Shown: one piece after another, positions 38,570 through 47,158 of the stretch
Position numbering within the stretch: position 1 is the first letter of the stretch
Layout: the number at the start of each line of letters is the position of its first letter
Virus record (IMG/VR): IMGVR_UViG_3300045974_000132
Location: 222,394 to 286,393 of that record
Strand: one strand, 5' to 3'
Length of the DNA: 64,000 bases
Notes under the pieces: model-generated
Told to the model about the DNA's origin: nothing
The model's database searches: none
What the model saw: the letters and a program-made list of their open reading frames with translations, nothing else
Position numbers and translations under genes: made by a program

Positions 38570-39302
38570 GAAACTTCCTGGGCCAAATGCCTCGTCGAAT
38601 AAAAAGATTTTCCATGACGGCGCTTATAAGATAGCTGCCTCTACTAAGACGGATAGCATTATTATCTTCCGTCGTCAAGATTCTGGTAAGTACAAACAAG
38701 CTGATATTGTCTCGGCTACTAACAACAATTACAGTGCTGCGGTTAAACGAATCAATCGTATGCACGCCCGTGACAAAAGTGCTGCAATGATTGCAAATAA
38801 CATATCTCGTATTGCGAAGGCCGCAGATGAAGCAGTCTCTCCGATACGCACTAAAGTTCCACTTGAGCGTAAGGTGCAAGAAGACCTTCAAAATTTCGCT
38901 CAGTCTTCTTTTACTCTTCCTAGCAACATTCCAAATGTAAGTCGTACATACCTGATTCGTAAAGCAAAGAAGAAAATCGTAGGTAGTAAGGACACTACAT
39001 TAGATGCTACTTTGTATCTGGTTGCGACTTACGACTTAAATAAGATAATTAATATTGACCATTTCATCGGTGTAGGCTGTGTAAAGAAAGCTATTGAGCG
39101 CGCCCGACTTGATGCCTCTTTGCTTAAGCCTGCTGAAATAGTTGTTCAAACACGCGGTGAAAACTGGGTAGGTGAATCTGCAAGCTTCTCAGCCAAACAT
39201 GTTATCTATATAGGTAGTAAGGAATCTGTTGAACATGTTCAACAAGGTTTAACAGGGGCTATCAACAAATTCTTTTTAAAGCTGACTAGCAAAAAGCCAT
39301 AA
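38562..39302 (+). CDS. hypothetical basic protein
   Basis: 246 aa ORF, AAGGA RBS. Confidence 0.75.
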   Translation: MVKKLPGPNASSNKKIFHDGAYKIAASTKTDSIIIFRRQDSGKYKQADIVSATNNNYSAAVKRINRMHARDKSAAMIANNISRIAKAADEAVSPIRTKVPLERKVQEDLQNFAQSSFTLPSNIPNVSRTYLIRKAKKKIVGSKDTTLDATLYLVATYDLNKIINIDHFIGVGCVKKAIERARLDASLLKPAEIVVQTRGENWVGESASFSAKHVIYIGSKESVEHVQQGLTGAINKFFLKLTSKKP

Positions 39303-39307
39303 TGCTA

Positions 39308-39315
39308 CTAATTTA
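39308..39315 (+). promoter_or_regulatory. CTAATTTA motif (putative late promoter class B)
   Basis: CTAATTT recurs at 40924, 45702, 48039 and 58297. Confidence 0.5.
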
Positions 39316-39369
39316 TGTAGGATGCTTATATTGTATTTGCATTTTATTCACAGATTAGGAGCAACTGCT

Positions 39370-39738
39370 ATGCCCATACTGTCACAAAAAGAAAAGCTAC
39401 ACCTTCTTGTTGTTCGAGACGCCCGTAAGCCTGTAGTCTTTGAAGTCTCTGACATAACGCCGACTATGCTGGAGCAAGGTGTTGTTGTTTACGGCTCTCA
39501 ATCTTTTTCAGGTGATTACAATCCTTACTTTTTTGTGTATAAGGACATTGTAAACATCTACCACGTTATTAAATTTACGCAGATTGAAGCTTCTGAAGTA
39601 TTTCAAACTAGGTATGCAGAGGAAGCTTTATTTAAAGCGCAAACCCATAGTGAAGAAGCTCTGAGCATTACCAATACTGCTGTAAAGTCATTAGGTGGTG
39701 TGCCTATGTCTTTAAAAGCACTGTCCTGCAAGGTGTGA
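39370..39738 (+). CDS. hypothetical protein
   Basis: TAGGAG RBS before MPILS. Confidence 0.7.
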   Translation: MPILSQKEKLHLLVVRDARKPVVFEVSDITPTMLEQGVVVYGSQSFSGDYNPYFFVYKDIVNIYHVIKFTQIEASEVFQTRYAEEALFKAQTHSEEALSITNTAVKSLGGVPMSLKALSCKV

Positions 39739-39739
39739 T

Positions 39740-39994
39740 ATGGAATATTTGAATATCGTTTTCAAAACATTGGTAGACTTGTGGCTATTTGACGTTGATG
39801 TGTTTAGCAGCAAGTGGTTGTATATACCTTTGTGCATCCCAGCAATGGTCTATATGATGTTCTTCATGATGAAATGGACAGTCATCACTATGCCCATATG
39901 GTTGCCAATAACTATACTTGTTGCAAGCGCATCTTCAATAATAACCAGCATATCTAATGGGCTGGCTTCCATAATAACTGCTATTCGCAAATAA
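39740..39994 (+). CDS. small membrane protein
   Basis: Hydrophobic, KWTVITMPIWLP. Confidence 0.7.
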   Translation: MEYLNIVFKTLVDLWLFDVDVFSSKWLYIPLCIPAMVYMMFFMMKWTVITMPIWLPITILVASASSIITSISNGLASIITAIRK

Positions 39995-40003
39995 GGTATC
40001 ATC

Positions 40004-40612
40004 GTGTCTCAGGATCTGTCTCAACAAACGCAAGAGCAACAAGAAAACCCTATTCGTGATTATGGTACATTCGATCCGTTGAAGGAAACGTCAAACTATA
40101 TAAATACTTGTCTTTGTGGAAAAGAACTCGATAAAGAAAACATCCTATATGGGCAACCTGAACCTGCTCAGTTAGGATTGAAAGAAGGCAGTGACATTCG
40201 TATCAAACGTTTCTTTGTCTGCTGCCCGTCTTGCGGTAGTAAAGGGCCTGCAACTAAGTTGGCTATATACGCTGCCTTGCAGTGGAACCTTAGCTTCTTG
40301 TGCTGCAAACCTTCTTACAGAGAACTTCCTTTGTTTGGCTTATCTGGCTTATCTGGTGTAGAGGCTGCTACAAAACTCCAAGCTATTCGACGCGATCTTA
40401 AGGAGCGCCTTGACGAATGTGCAGAGCGCCTGAAGTTGGAAGATGTGACGAAGCATCCGGGTCCAAGGTATCATGCAAAGTTAGGTGCTTACTTTGCATG
40501 GAACTTTTATGGGTTGCATCTGCTATCTGATAACTTGTTCTTCAGAGGTAATCCTCACGGTGTTAAAGGTAGCATCACAAACTCAAACTCAACTGAAACG
40601 GGAGTAGCATAA
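40004..40612 (+). CDS. zinc-ribbon protein, Lar (restriction alleviation)-like segment
   Basis: CLCG..VCCPSCGSKGP..AALQWN. Confidence 0.55.
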   Translation: MSQDLSQQTQEQQENPIRDYGTFDPLKETSNYINTCLCGKELDKENILYGQPEPAQLGLKEGSDIRIKRFFVCCPSCGSKGPATKLAIYAALQWNLSFLCCKPSYRELPLFGLSGLSGVEAATKLQAIRRDLKERLDECAERLKLEDVTKHPGPRYHAKLGAYFAWNFYGLHLLSDNLFFRGNPHGVKGSITNSNSTETGVA

Positions 40613-40927
40613 ATGGCTGATATTAAGGTAGCTAGATTGGTAACTGGTGAAATTGTCATCTTTGAAGAACTGGGTTCTGATGAACAAAATATCATTATGC
40701 AGAATCCGCACCTGCTCATTAATAGCCACGCAGGTCCAGGACTTGCTCCTCTGATGCCGTGGGCCGCAAAGGGGCGTAACTTTGTTATCCACATGCCTTC
40801 TGATAAGATCATGTTTTTCTTCCCTGACGATCATTGTGAACCTATTGTTACGAGTTACATTCAAGCTACTAGCACCATTGATCTTTCTGCCCTGGGTAAT
40901 GTTTCTCAGTTTGTGAAGTCTAACTAA
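40613..40927 (+). CDS. small beta-barrel (Sm-like) phage protein
   Basis: IKVARLVTGEIVI..LAPLMPWA pattern. Confidence 0.5.
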   Translation: MADIKVARLVTGEIVIFEELGSDEQNIIMQNPHLLINSHAGPGLAPLMPWAAKGRNFVIHMPSDKIMFFFPDDHCEPIVTSYIQATSTIDLSALGNVSQFVKSN

Positions 40928-40965
40928 TTTATATACTCGATCAACTCTAAGTCACTTCACACACC

Positions 40966-41322
40966 ATGCCAACAACTTCAACCGCAGCACCTATTACACA
41001 AGAAGCTGCCGTAGTTCCTGATTTCTACTTTACATGTTCTACTCTTAATTGCACATTGCGGGCGTCTTCGTGTGCAAGAAATCGAAAGGAATCAAGTAAG
41101 GTGCAATCATTGATGATTATCAAAGGTTCTGCCCGTTGTAAAGGTTGTAAGAATTTTGAAAACGAACAAGCTTCTACTCCTATCTCGATTGAAGTATATC
41201 ATGCTCAAGTGATGTCCGATTCAGCAGCACAACCTAAAGCAGGATACGATCACAATCAGCCTAAGCCCGGTATTCATTCCTTGTGGGAAGGCCGTGGACG
41301 TAGTAAAACACGCGTAAGTTAA
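40966..41322 (+). CDS. hypothetical Cys-containing protein
   Basis: C..LNC..C..CKGC. Confidence 0.65.
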   Translation: MPTTSTAAPITQEAAVVPDFYFTCSTLNCTLRASSCARNRKESSKVQSLMIIKGSARCKGCKNFENEQASTPISIEVYHAQVMSDSAAQPKAGYDHNQPKPGIHSLWEGRGRSKTRVS

Positions 41323-41336
41323 ATACTGAGAACATA

Positions 41337-42215
41337 ATGGCTAAAACAAAAACACTGCTTGTAGTTGACGGATTTAATGTATTGTACCGAGGATTTTGGG
41401 CTTCCAACTATGGACGCAAGCCTGAAGATATGGACGCTGCTTTGGCAGTACGCGGTGTTATATCAATCATCATGTCCGACCTTGTTTTTGTAGAAGCTAC
41501 TCATTGTGCAGTAGTGTTCGATAGAGAAGGTGACAACTTCCGTCATCGTCTCTACCCTGAATACAAAGGTACTCGTGAGCGTCTTGATGAATCTGTCGAA
41601 CTCCATAAACAAATATTCCCATTGAAGCGTTTGATTAATGCAATGGGTATTAAAGTCTTTGGTATTCGTGGGCAAGAGGGTGACGATCTAGTAGGATCAC
41701 TTGCTGTATCTGCAAACCAAGATGATCCTAAAGCACAAATCTATATCGGTAGCCGTGATAAAGACTTTGCTTCTCTGGTAAACAAACGAATTCATCTGCT
41801 TCAACCTCAGAAAGAAATCCTTGATGAACAAGGTGTATTCGACAAGTGGGGTGTTAAGCCCTCGCAGATGGTTGAATACTTGATGTTGCTAGGTGACGGT
41901 GTAGATAACATTCCAGGTGTCTATAAAGTAGGCCCTAAAGTTGCTGCAAAGATTTTGAATACACACGGTAGCATTAAGAAATGGCTACCTACTAAGAAGA
42001 CACCTGCTCTGCATAAGAACGTAGAGGCTGTAAAGGACTTCTTCCCAACAAGTAAGAAGCTGATTACGATCAAGACCAACTGTTTCCCCGACATGACTCT
42101 TGATAAGCTTAGAATAAAGCCGTACAATGAAAAACAACTTGAGCGCATCTGCAAAGAGTTGGACTTTCATAGTACCTATCACCAAATACGAAAACAGCTT
42201 GGTAAGCTTCCATGA
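41337..42215 (+). CDS. 5'-3' exonuclease / flap endonuclease (PolA N-terminal domain-like)
   Basis: LLVVDG..YR, VVFD, FRHRLYPEYKGTR, EGDDLVGSLA, SRDKD and LLGDGVDNIPGV..VGPKVAAKIL (H3TH). Confidence 0.95.
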   Translation: MAKTKTLLVVDGFNVLYRGFWASNYGRKPEDMDAALAVRGVISIIMSDLVFVEATHCAVVFDREGDNFRHRLYPEYKGTRERLDESVELHKQIFPLKRLINAMGIKVFGIRGQEGDDLVGSLAVSANQDDPKAQIYIGSRDKDFASLVNKRIHLLQPQKEILDEQGVFDKWGVKPSQMVEYLMLLGDGVDNIPGVYKVGPKVAAKILNTHGSIKKWLPTKKTPALHKNVEAVKDFFPTSKKLITIKTNCFPDMTLDKLRIKPYNEKQLERICKELDFHSTYHQIRKQLGKLP

Positions 42216-43066
42216 CAACTTCCCTAACAGTAACGTATCCCATTGTTGTATATGAACGGGATTTCTCAAATAGCCCTTTCGACACCTTATCTGTAGATGA
42301 CAAGATTAAGGCAACTATTCAAAAACGTAAACGATCACAAGCCCGACTTGATTCAGCGGTTGCTAAGATTTCACGTATGACTGCTTCCATCAATAAGCAC
42401 ACTGAAGAGAGTGCTGCTGCCTTGCATGGACTGATGATTGAAATTCAGCATTTGGAAGAAGAGCAACGCGCACAAATTCTTGCCAACCAACCTAAACTGT
42501 CTTCTGAGGAAGAACATAGGGCAGAAGCTGATTTAGAGTTTGAGTTTGACCAGTATGATAGGGATCAACAGCGTAAGGAAGCAGAAGAAGCGATACGTAA
42601 TTTTAATGAAATGTTTTCTATGCCCGCTAAAGATGCTAGGGTAAAGAAACTGTATCGTAAGATTTCAATGCGCACCCATCCCGATCGCACTAAAGATACT
42701 GAGAAGCACAAACTATTTGTTGCGGCCAAACAATACTACGCCGATAACAACCTAGAAGGGTTGGAGAACATCTGGCAAATATTGAATGGTAAGGTTAGCT
42801 CTCTGTTTGATCGCCTGTATAAGAGATTGCACGAAGAATTGATGCAGTTGGAGTTGGTCGAGAAGATACTTAATTCAACCTTATCAAGTGAGGACTATGA
42901 ACTTGCTCAGTTATTTGAGAAAAATAGTTTCATTGTCCTGGAGCAGATTGAAAAGAAGTTGCAGTTCCAAATAATTGTGTTACGTTCTCAGCGTAACAAC
43001 CTTCGTGAAGCACTAGGTAAGCCTGATGTATGTGCAACCAGTAGCTTTGCAAACTTCGAGTTTTAA
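42212..43066 (+). CDS. coiled-coil protein with J-domain-like HPD motif
   Basis: VKKLYRKISMRTHPDR..LFVAAKQYY. Confidence 0.72.
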   Translation: MTTSLTVTYPIVVYERDFSNSPFDTLSVDDKIKATIQKRKRSQARLDSAVAKISRMTASINKHTEESAAALHGLMIEIQHLEEEQRAQILANQPKLSSEEEHRAEADLEFEFDQYDRDQQRKEAEEAIRNFNEMFSMPAKDARVKKLYRKISMRTHPDRTKDTEKHKLFVAAKQYYADNNLEGLENIWQILNGKVSSLFDRLYKRLHEELMQLELVEKILNSTLSSEDYELAQLFEKNSFIVLEQIEKKLQFQIIVLRSQRNNLREALGKPDVCATSSFANFEF

Positions 43067-43088
43067 AAGAATCGGAAAACTAGGTCGT

Positions 43089-43132
43089 AAAAAAGCCCGC
43101 AGTCCTTAATTGGATTTGCGGGCTTTTCTTTT
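43089..43132. terminator. bidirectional intrinsic terminator between convergent blocks
   Basis: AAAAAAGCCCGCA..TGCGGGCTTTTCTTTT. Confidence 0.9.
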
Positions 43133-43155
43133 GTCCAGCGTTCAGAGATTAGGTA

Positions 43156-43614
43156 TTACGCTACTAAGGCAGAAACAAGCTGTCGAATAATAGGTTCTTC
43201 TGCAGGAGTCGGAGCCATAGTTATAGCAATGACTGCACAGAAGTCTTTAGGCAGCAATCGTTCTTCTGGTGCAAAGTAAGCATCTGTCAGAACATCCATC
43301 CCTAATAACACTCCTAAGAAACCTGAAAGTAGGTCTTCTCTTCGTGAAGTAGGGTCGAACAACATAGAGAATGATGGATCTACTACCATCTTAGACAGTA
43401 GAGCAGAGCCTAATATAATATGAGTAACCGGGATAACTTTGTCAGTTATAGCGGATCGCATGTTTGCAATTAGCGTGGGCGAAAGTGGAATTACAAAGTC
43501 TGATTCACGCGCTTTAGCTACAGCTTCAACCAACAAAGCTTTGATAAAGGATTCTTCGTACTTTACTGTTTTGATTAAGCATACGGGCTCCCTTGAAATA
43601 GGAAAGGGTGCCAT
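43156..43614 (-). CDS. capsid-domain-like paralog 3
   Basis: PLSPTLIANMRSAITDKVIPVTHIILG..LFDPTSRREDLLSGFLGVLLGMDVLTDAYFAPEERLLP. Confidence 0.6.
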   Translation of the reverse strand: MAPFPISREPVCLIKTVKYEESFIKALLVEAVAKARESDFVIPLSPTLIANMRSAITDKVIPVTHIILGSALLSKMVVDPSFSMLFDPTSRREDLLSGFLGVLLGMDVLTDAYFAPEERLLPKDFCAVIAITMAPTPAEEPIIRQLVSALVA

Positions 43615-43637
43615 ATAAGCACCCTTTGGTATTAAAC

Positions 43638-44252
43638 TTACTTAACGATGTGCTTTGCAGCTTCAGTCTTAACCTTAGCATGGACACTGTTGTTCACAAT
43701 GTAACGCAGTTCTTCAGTATTCAAAGAATCTGCATTGGAACGAAGTGAGGACAGCAGGTCGTCTTCGTTACCGTCATTGTTGTGAGCAAGGTTCATTGCA
43801 TAGCCGCCGACGGTACCTGCATTTTCATTGAGCAGATCCTTAACAGCTTCAGGAGCAGTCTCTTGAAGATCCGGCAGTTCATCGTAGCCCAAGCTAAACA
43901 AACGCTTCTGTTCTTCTTGTGCTTCCGGCGTGCTAAGAAGGTCGGTAGCGTGATCTTCGCTAACGATTGCAACCATACGGCCTTGAACAAGACGACGGAA
44001 CTGCGGATTCGTCAAGATTGCATTCTTAGTAGCTTGCGTAGTCAAGTCAATAGGAATAGACGTAACAGGCACACGAATAGTATGCACTTGACCGTTGCCT
44101 TCAGGGATTGTAATGTTGATAACACCCTTCTGCTTACCGCTACCTCCGCTGTTATTTAGTACCCACAGAGAGGACGATGCTTTGTCCTTTTCTGCTTGGG
44201 CGATTGTCTGGTATGCAAATGCTGTCGGTTTGTCTTTCAGTGCTGTGTTCAT
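43638..44252 (-). CDS. hypothetical protein
   Basis: AAAGGT RBS, 204 aa. Confidence 0.8.
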   Translation of the reverse strand: MNTALKDKPTAFAYQTIAQAEKDKASSSLWVLNNSGGSGKQKGVINITIPEGNGQVHTIRVPVTSIPIDLTTQATKNAILTNPQFRRLVQGRMVAIVSEDHATDLLSTPEAQEEQKRLFSLGYDELPDLQETAPEAVKDLLNENAGTVGGYAMNLAHNNDGNEDDLLSSLRSNADSLNTEELRYIVNNSVHAKVKTEAAKHIVK

Positions 44253-45036
44253 TGTCGGTACCTTTATATGGAGAGTTAAATTCAGAAATCAAACGTTCAA
44301 ATTTCACAGGTTTAATAGATATGATTTGCTGGAGAGTGTATTCCTTACATTCACCAGTAGTACCACGCAAGAACTCATCCCAGACTGTCGTATCTAGTAG
44401 ATATTCCCACATCCAGTTTTCCCAGCCAAGCTTCTTAATCTTGAAGGGATATAACTTTTCTACTTCTAAGATAGTAGGTGTAGCAAATACTCCACCTTCT
44501 TCCTTATTAAGTCTTAGGTAGTTGATAAACTTGTGCAAGATCAACAAGCACTTAATTTTATCTACTGCCTTCTTCCTCTTGATCTGGACTATACGTCCTT
44601 TAAGGCCAGCATCCTTCAGTTTGTAGAAATGAATCTCTGCATCTGAAATTATCTTAGCACCTTCTGGCCTTACGCGATCTAAGGCAATACACTTTCTTTC
44701 AGTCTGATCGGTATGGTTCTTACACGTTTTAATTGTGCAAGCAGTAAATTGATACCAATCTACGTAAGGACAAGTACCCTTGGGCTCTACATACTTAACT
44801 TCTTTTGCCTTAACAGGTGCTTTCTCTTTAGGCTTTTCTACTAACTCTAGCTTTGGCAGGAGCCTTGCGACTTCCTCTGGTGGCTTTTCTTTTTGTTTGA
44901 GAACCTTTCCGTTTAGAGCCGCGCATTGCTTTAACCGCGTGCTTAGGGGCTTGTGGTGTGCGAGCTTTACGTGTCCTTGTTGTGCACCTTGGTGCTGCAC
45001 TACCTTTGTTCTTGCTGCGGTTGTTCCGGGTCTCAT
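44152..45036 (-). CDS. hypothetical basic protein with Cys cluster
   Basis: AAGGA RBS, CP..C..TC..C. Overlaps both neighbours. Confidence 0.7.
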   Translation of the reverse strand: MRPGTTAARTKVVQHQGAQQGHVKLAHHKPLSTRLKQCAALNGKVLKQKEKPPEEVARLLPKLELVEKPKEKAPVKAKEVKYVEPKGTCPYVDWYQFTACTIKTCKNHTDQTERKCIALDRVRPEGAKIISDAEIHFYKLKDAGLKGRIVQIKRKKAVDKIKCLLILHKFINYLRLNKEEGGVFATPTILEVEKLYPFKIKKLGWENWMWEYLLDTTVWDEFLRGTTGECKEYTLQQIISIKPVKFERLISEFNSPYKGTDNEHSTERQTDSICIPDNRPSRKGQSIVLSVGTK

Positions 45037-45604
45037 TTACAGGTTCCTTATTTGCTGCCAAAAGCTGTTGTGTAAAATCTTTTATGTTATCCAACGCTTG
45101 AAAACAAGGTATCTCTTCTGGAAACACTTGTGACGCACCATATATTGCAATGCTTGTTGCATCAATTGGGTGTGGTGGCATAGGGTGTAATTGTTTATAG
45201 TAGGCTTTTAAGTCATTATGTCTGTTCCACTGATTCTTCCATTGTGCCGCTGTGACAAATTGAACATGCTTTATACCTAGGTGCAGCAAGGCGCACAACA
45301 TAAAGCTAACAACCTCAATCGTAGTGCCTTGGCTAGAAGCACCTCTTGTCATGAAGCGTTCAGCAAATGCAGCATCAACCTTATAGATGCGCTTTAGTTT
45401 ACGCACCTCTGTCTTAAATCGGCCTACCCTTTTAGCAACGCCTGCTCCCGTTAGGTCATTAACGGAGTTTTTAATCATGCCGTGTGCTAATATCTTATAC
45501 CTAAAGGGCGCAAGCTTAATCCTTACAACAGAGTATGCAGTGTTTGTCTTACCTGGGTCTATTCCTAATATGGTATAGTAAGGCGGGTGTGCAGGTGCAT
45601 TCAT
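44828..45604 (-). CDS. RuvC-like Holliday junction resolvase with basic C-terminal extension
   Basis: ILGIDPG, AFAERF and HPIDA acidic catalytic positions. Confidence 0.85.
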   Translation of the reverse strand: MNAPAHPPYYTILGIDPGKTNTAYSVVRIKLAPFRYKILAHGMIKNSVNDLTGAGVAKRVGRFKTEVRKLKRIYKVDAAFAERFMTRGASSQGTTIEVVSFMLCALLHLGIKHVQFVTAAQWKNQWNRHNDLKAYYKQLHPMPPHPIDATSIAIYGASQVFPEEIPCFQALDNIKDFTQQLLAANKEPVNETRNNRSKNKGSAAPRCTTRTRKARTPQAPKHAVKAMRGSKRKGSQTKRKATRGSRKAPAKARVSRKA

Positions 45605-45793
45605 TTATTTTCCTTTGTTCACCTGCTTAAATTAAGTTTTACAACTCGATTTTAGCAATTGTATGTTTTTTACACTTTTGTGCATTTAGCAACCGTTTAA
45701 ACTAATTTTTATGTATGTTAAAAGTAATGAATGCAAGGTGCTATTATGTACATCCCTGGTGGTAATTAAGCCTCAACTGATTAGGAGTCAATC
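45605..45793. promoter_or_regulatory. divergent AT-rich promoter region
   Basis: CTAATTT at 45702 on the + strand. TGTAAA cores on the minus strand upstream of RuvC. Confidence 0.55.
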
Positions 45794-46873
45794 GTGACTA
45801 TACAAAAAGGTCTTCCTTCTATTAGGCGAGTGCACGGCAAGAACTTTATCCAAGATCAGGCGCAGGCACGACTTGAGGAATCTGTAACACCTTATCAACA
45901 ACAAGGTTTGAATGCACTAGGTGTAGACTACCATGAAGTATATGTCTACCTAAAGAACATGTCCTCGCGAGTATGTACCTGTAAGCAGGTGCAAGAGGTT
46001 ATTACTGAAATGGACATCACGGCTGAAGCAAAGCCTAAGTATAAAGGTATTGCACAAAGCCAAGAGATACGTATTGACTGGAACAAGCCCTTATTCGGTG
46101 AACCTAATGAGGCGAAGTTTAGTGCAGACGGTACTTATGATGAAGGTGATGAATTCGATTTAGAGGATGAAGCACGCCTTAAAGATCCTTCTTTGATTGG
46201 CACTTCTATCATTGAATCAAGTCCTGACTGTGGTGTATGTTTCAGGTCTGGGTTTGTACCAGGCTTTGAACAGTATGGGCGTACAAGGTACATACTAACT
46301 ACACAGGACATTGTAGATCAAAACTCTGTCAACATAGACCGCAGCGTAGGGCCGCATGTGTTTGAACGTTTGGCCTCAACAGGCTGGGTGTTATTTTCAC
46401 TTCAGATACCTAAATACTTTAAGTCTATAACCTATTCTGTTCGTAATGGTCATGAAATACTTAATGAACAGCTATGGAATAATAACGTACCCCTCACCTT
46501 AGCAGAACTGCGTATGAATGCAGGACGCAATGTTCTTATTAAGGTGAAGGCGAAACAATTTACACATGTTGACATAACCTTTGATCTAGGTAGTGATCCT
46601 ATTCATGCCAACATTGCACAAATGTCTAAGGTTACAGACTGGACACAGTTCGTAACAATAGGTAACTTGAACATTATTCTTCCCATGACGATACCTGAAC
46701 TGCCTGTAGGTAGTTTCTTGTATCTGCCTAAGAAGAGTATGGGCATGCGTATTACAGATGTTCCTCAATTAAGAACAGCTAGTGGGCGTAACATTGATTG
46801 GGCAGTTAACACTAGGGTGTTACAACCTCAAGAGCCTTTATTAAGCATTGCAAAAGGCTTTAGACTATTCTAA
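45794..46873 (+). CDS. probable virion neck/head-completion protein
   Basis: RVCTC..CGVCFRSGFVPGF motif, recalled from jumbo-phage neck proteins. First gene of the late block. Confidence 0.5.
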   Translation: MTIQKGLPSIRRVHGKNFIQDQAQARLEESVTPYQQQGLNALGVDYHEVYVYLKNMSSRVCTCKQVQEVITEMDITAEAKPKYKGIAQSQEIRIDWNKPLFGEPNEAKFSADGTYDEGDEFDLEDEARLKDPSLIGTSIIESSPDCGVCFRSGFVPGFEQYGRTRYILTTQDIVDQNSVNIDRSVGPHVFERLASTGWVLFSLQIPKYFKSITYSVRNGHEILNEQLWNNNVPLTLAELRMNAGRNVLIKVKAKQFTHVDITFDLGSDPIHANIAQMSKVTDWTQFVTIGNLNIILPMTIPELPVGSFLYLPKKSMGMRITDVPQLRTASGRNIDWAVNTRVLQPQEPLLSIAKGFRLF

Positions 46874-46959
46874 TTGTTTAGTACGCAAATGTACAAAAAG
46901 ATAACTTTTAGACAACAAAAAGTAGTTTTATAGAAGTGTGTATTTTTGTGCTGACCATA

Positions 46960-47158
46960 CTAATTAAAGGTCACGTTACACAGATTAGGTGTAGTTGTTT
47001 AGCAGCATAAAACGCTATACCAAAAGATCAAAACATTGGTAAACACCTCAAATCATTTATCAATTTTTGACCTAACCGAGTATCCTTCCGTACGAAAGGT
47101 TGCTCATGTTTAGTTAGGATTTGCAAATCCTGTCATTAACCTCCTAAGGAGAAATACT
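46960..47158 (+). promoter_or_regulatory. CTAATTA motif followed by a structured leader of about 190 nt
   Basis: Several overlapping inverted repeats, a 16-bp palindrome at 47116-47131 and an SD hairpin at 47141-47151. Confidence 0.5.

Noticed and set aside
43156-45604. Minus-strand block as a mobile element or invertible segment
   Set aside because: No recombinase, transposase or terminal repeats were seen. It is bounded by an ordinary terminator and a divergent promoter region, and the RuvC lacks TnpB/Cas12 features.
47071-47118. Hammerhead ribozyme or tRNA in the H1-like leader
   Set aside because: There is no CUGANGA core and no cloverleaf or T-loop. It is kept only as an unclassified structured leader.
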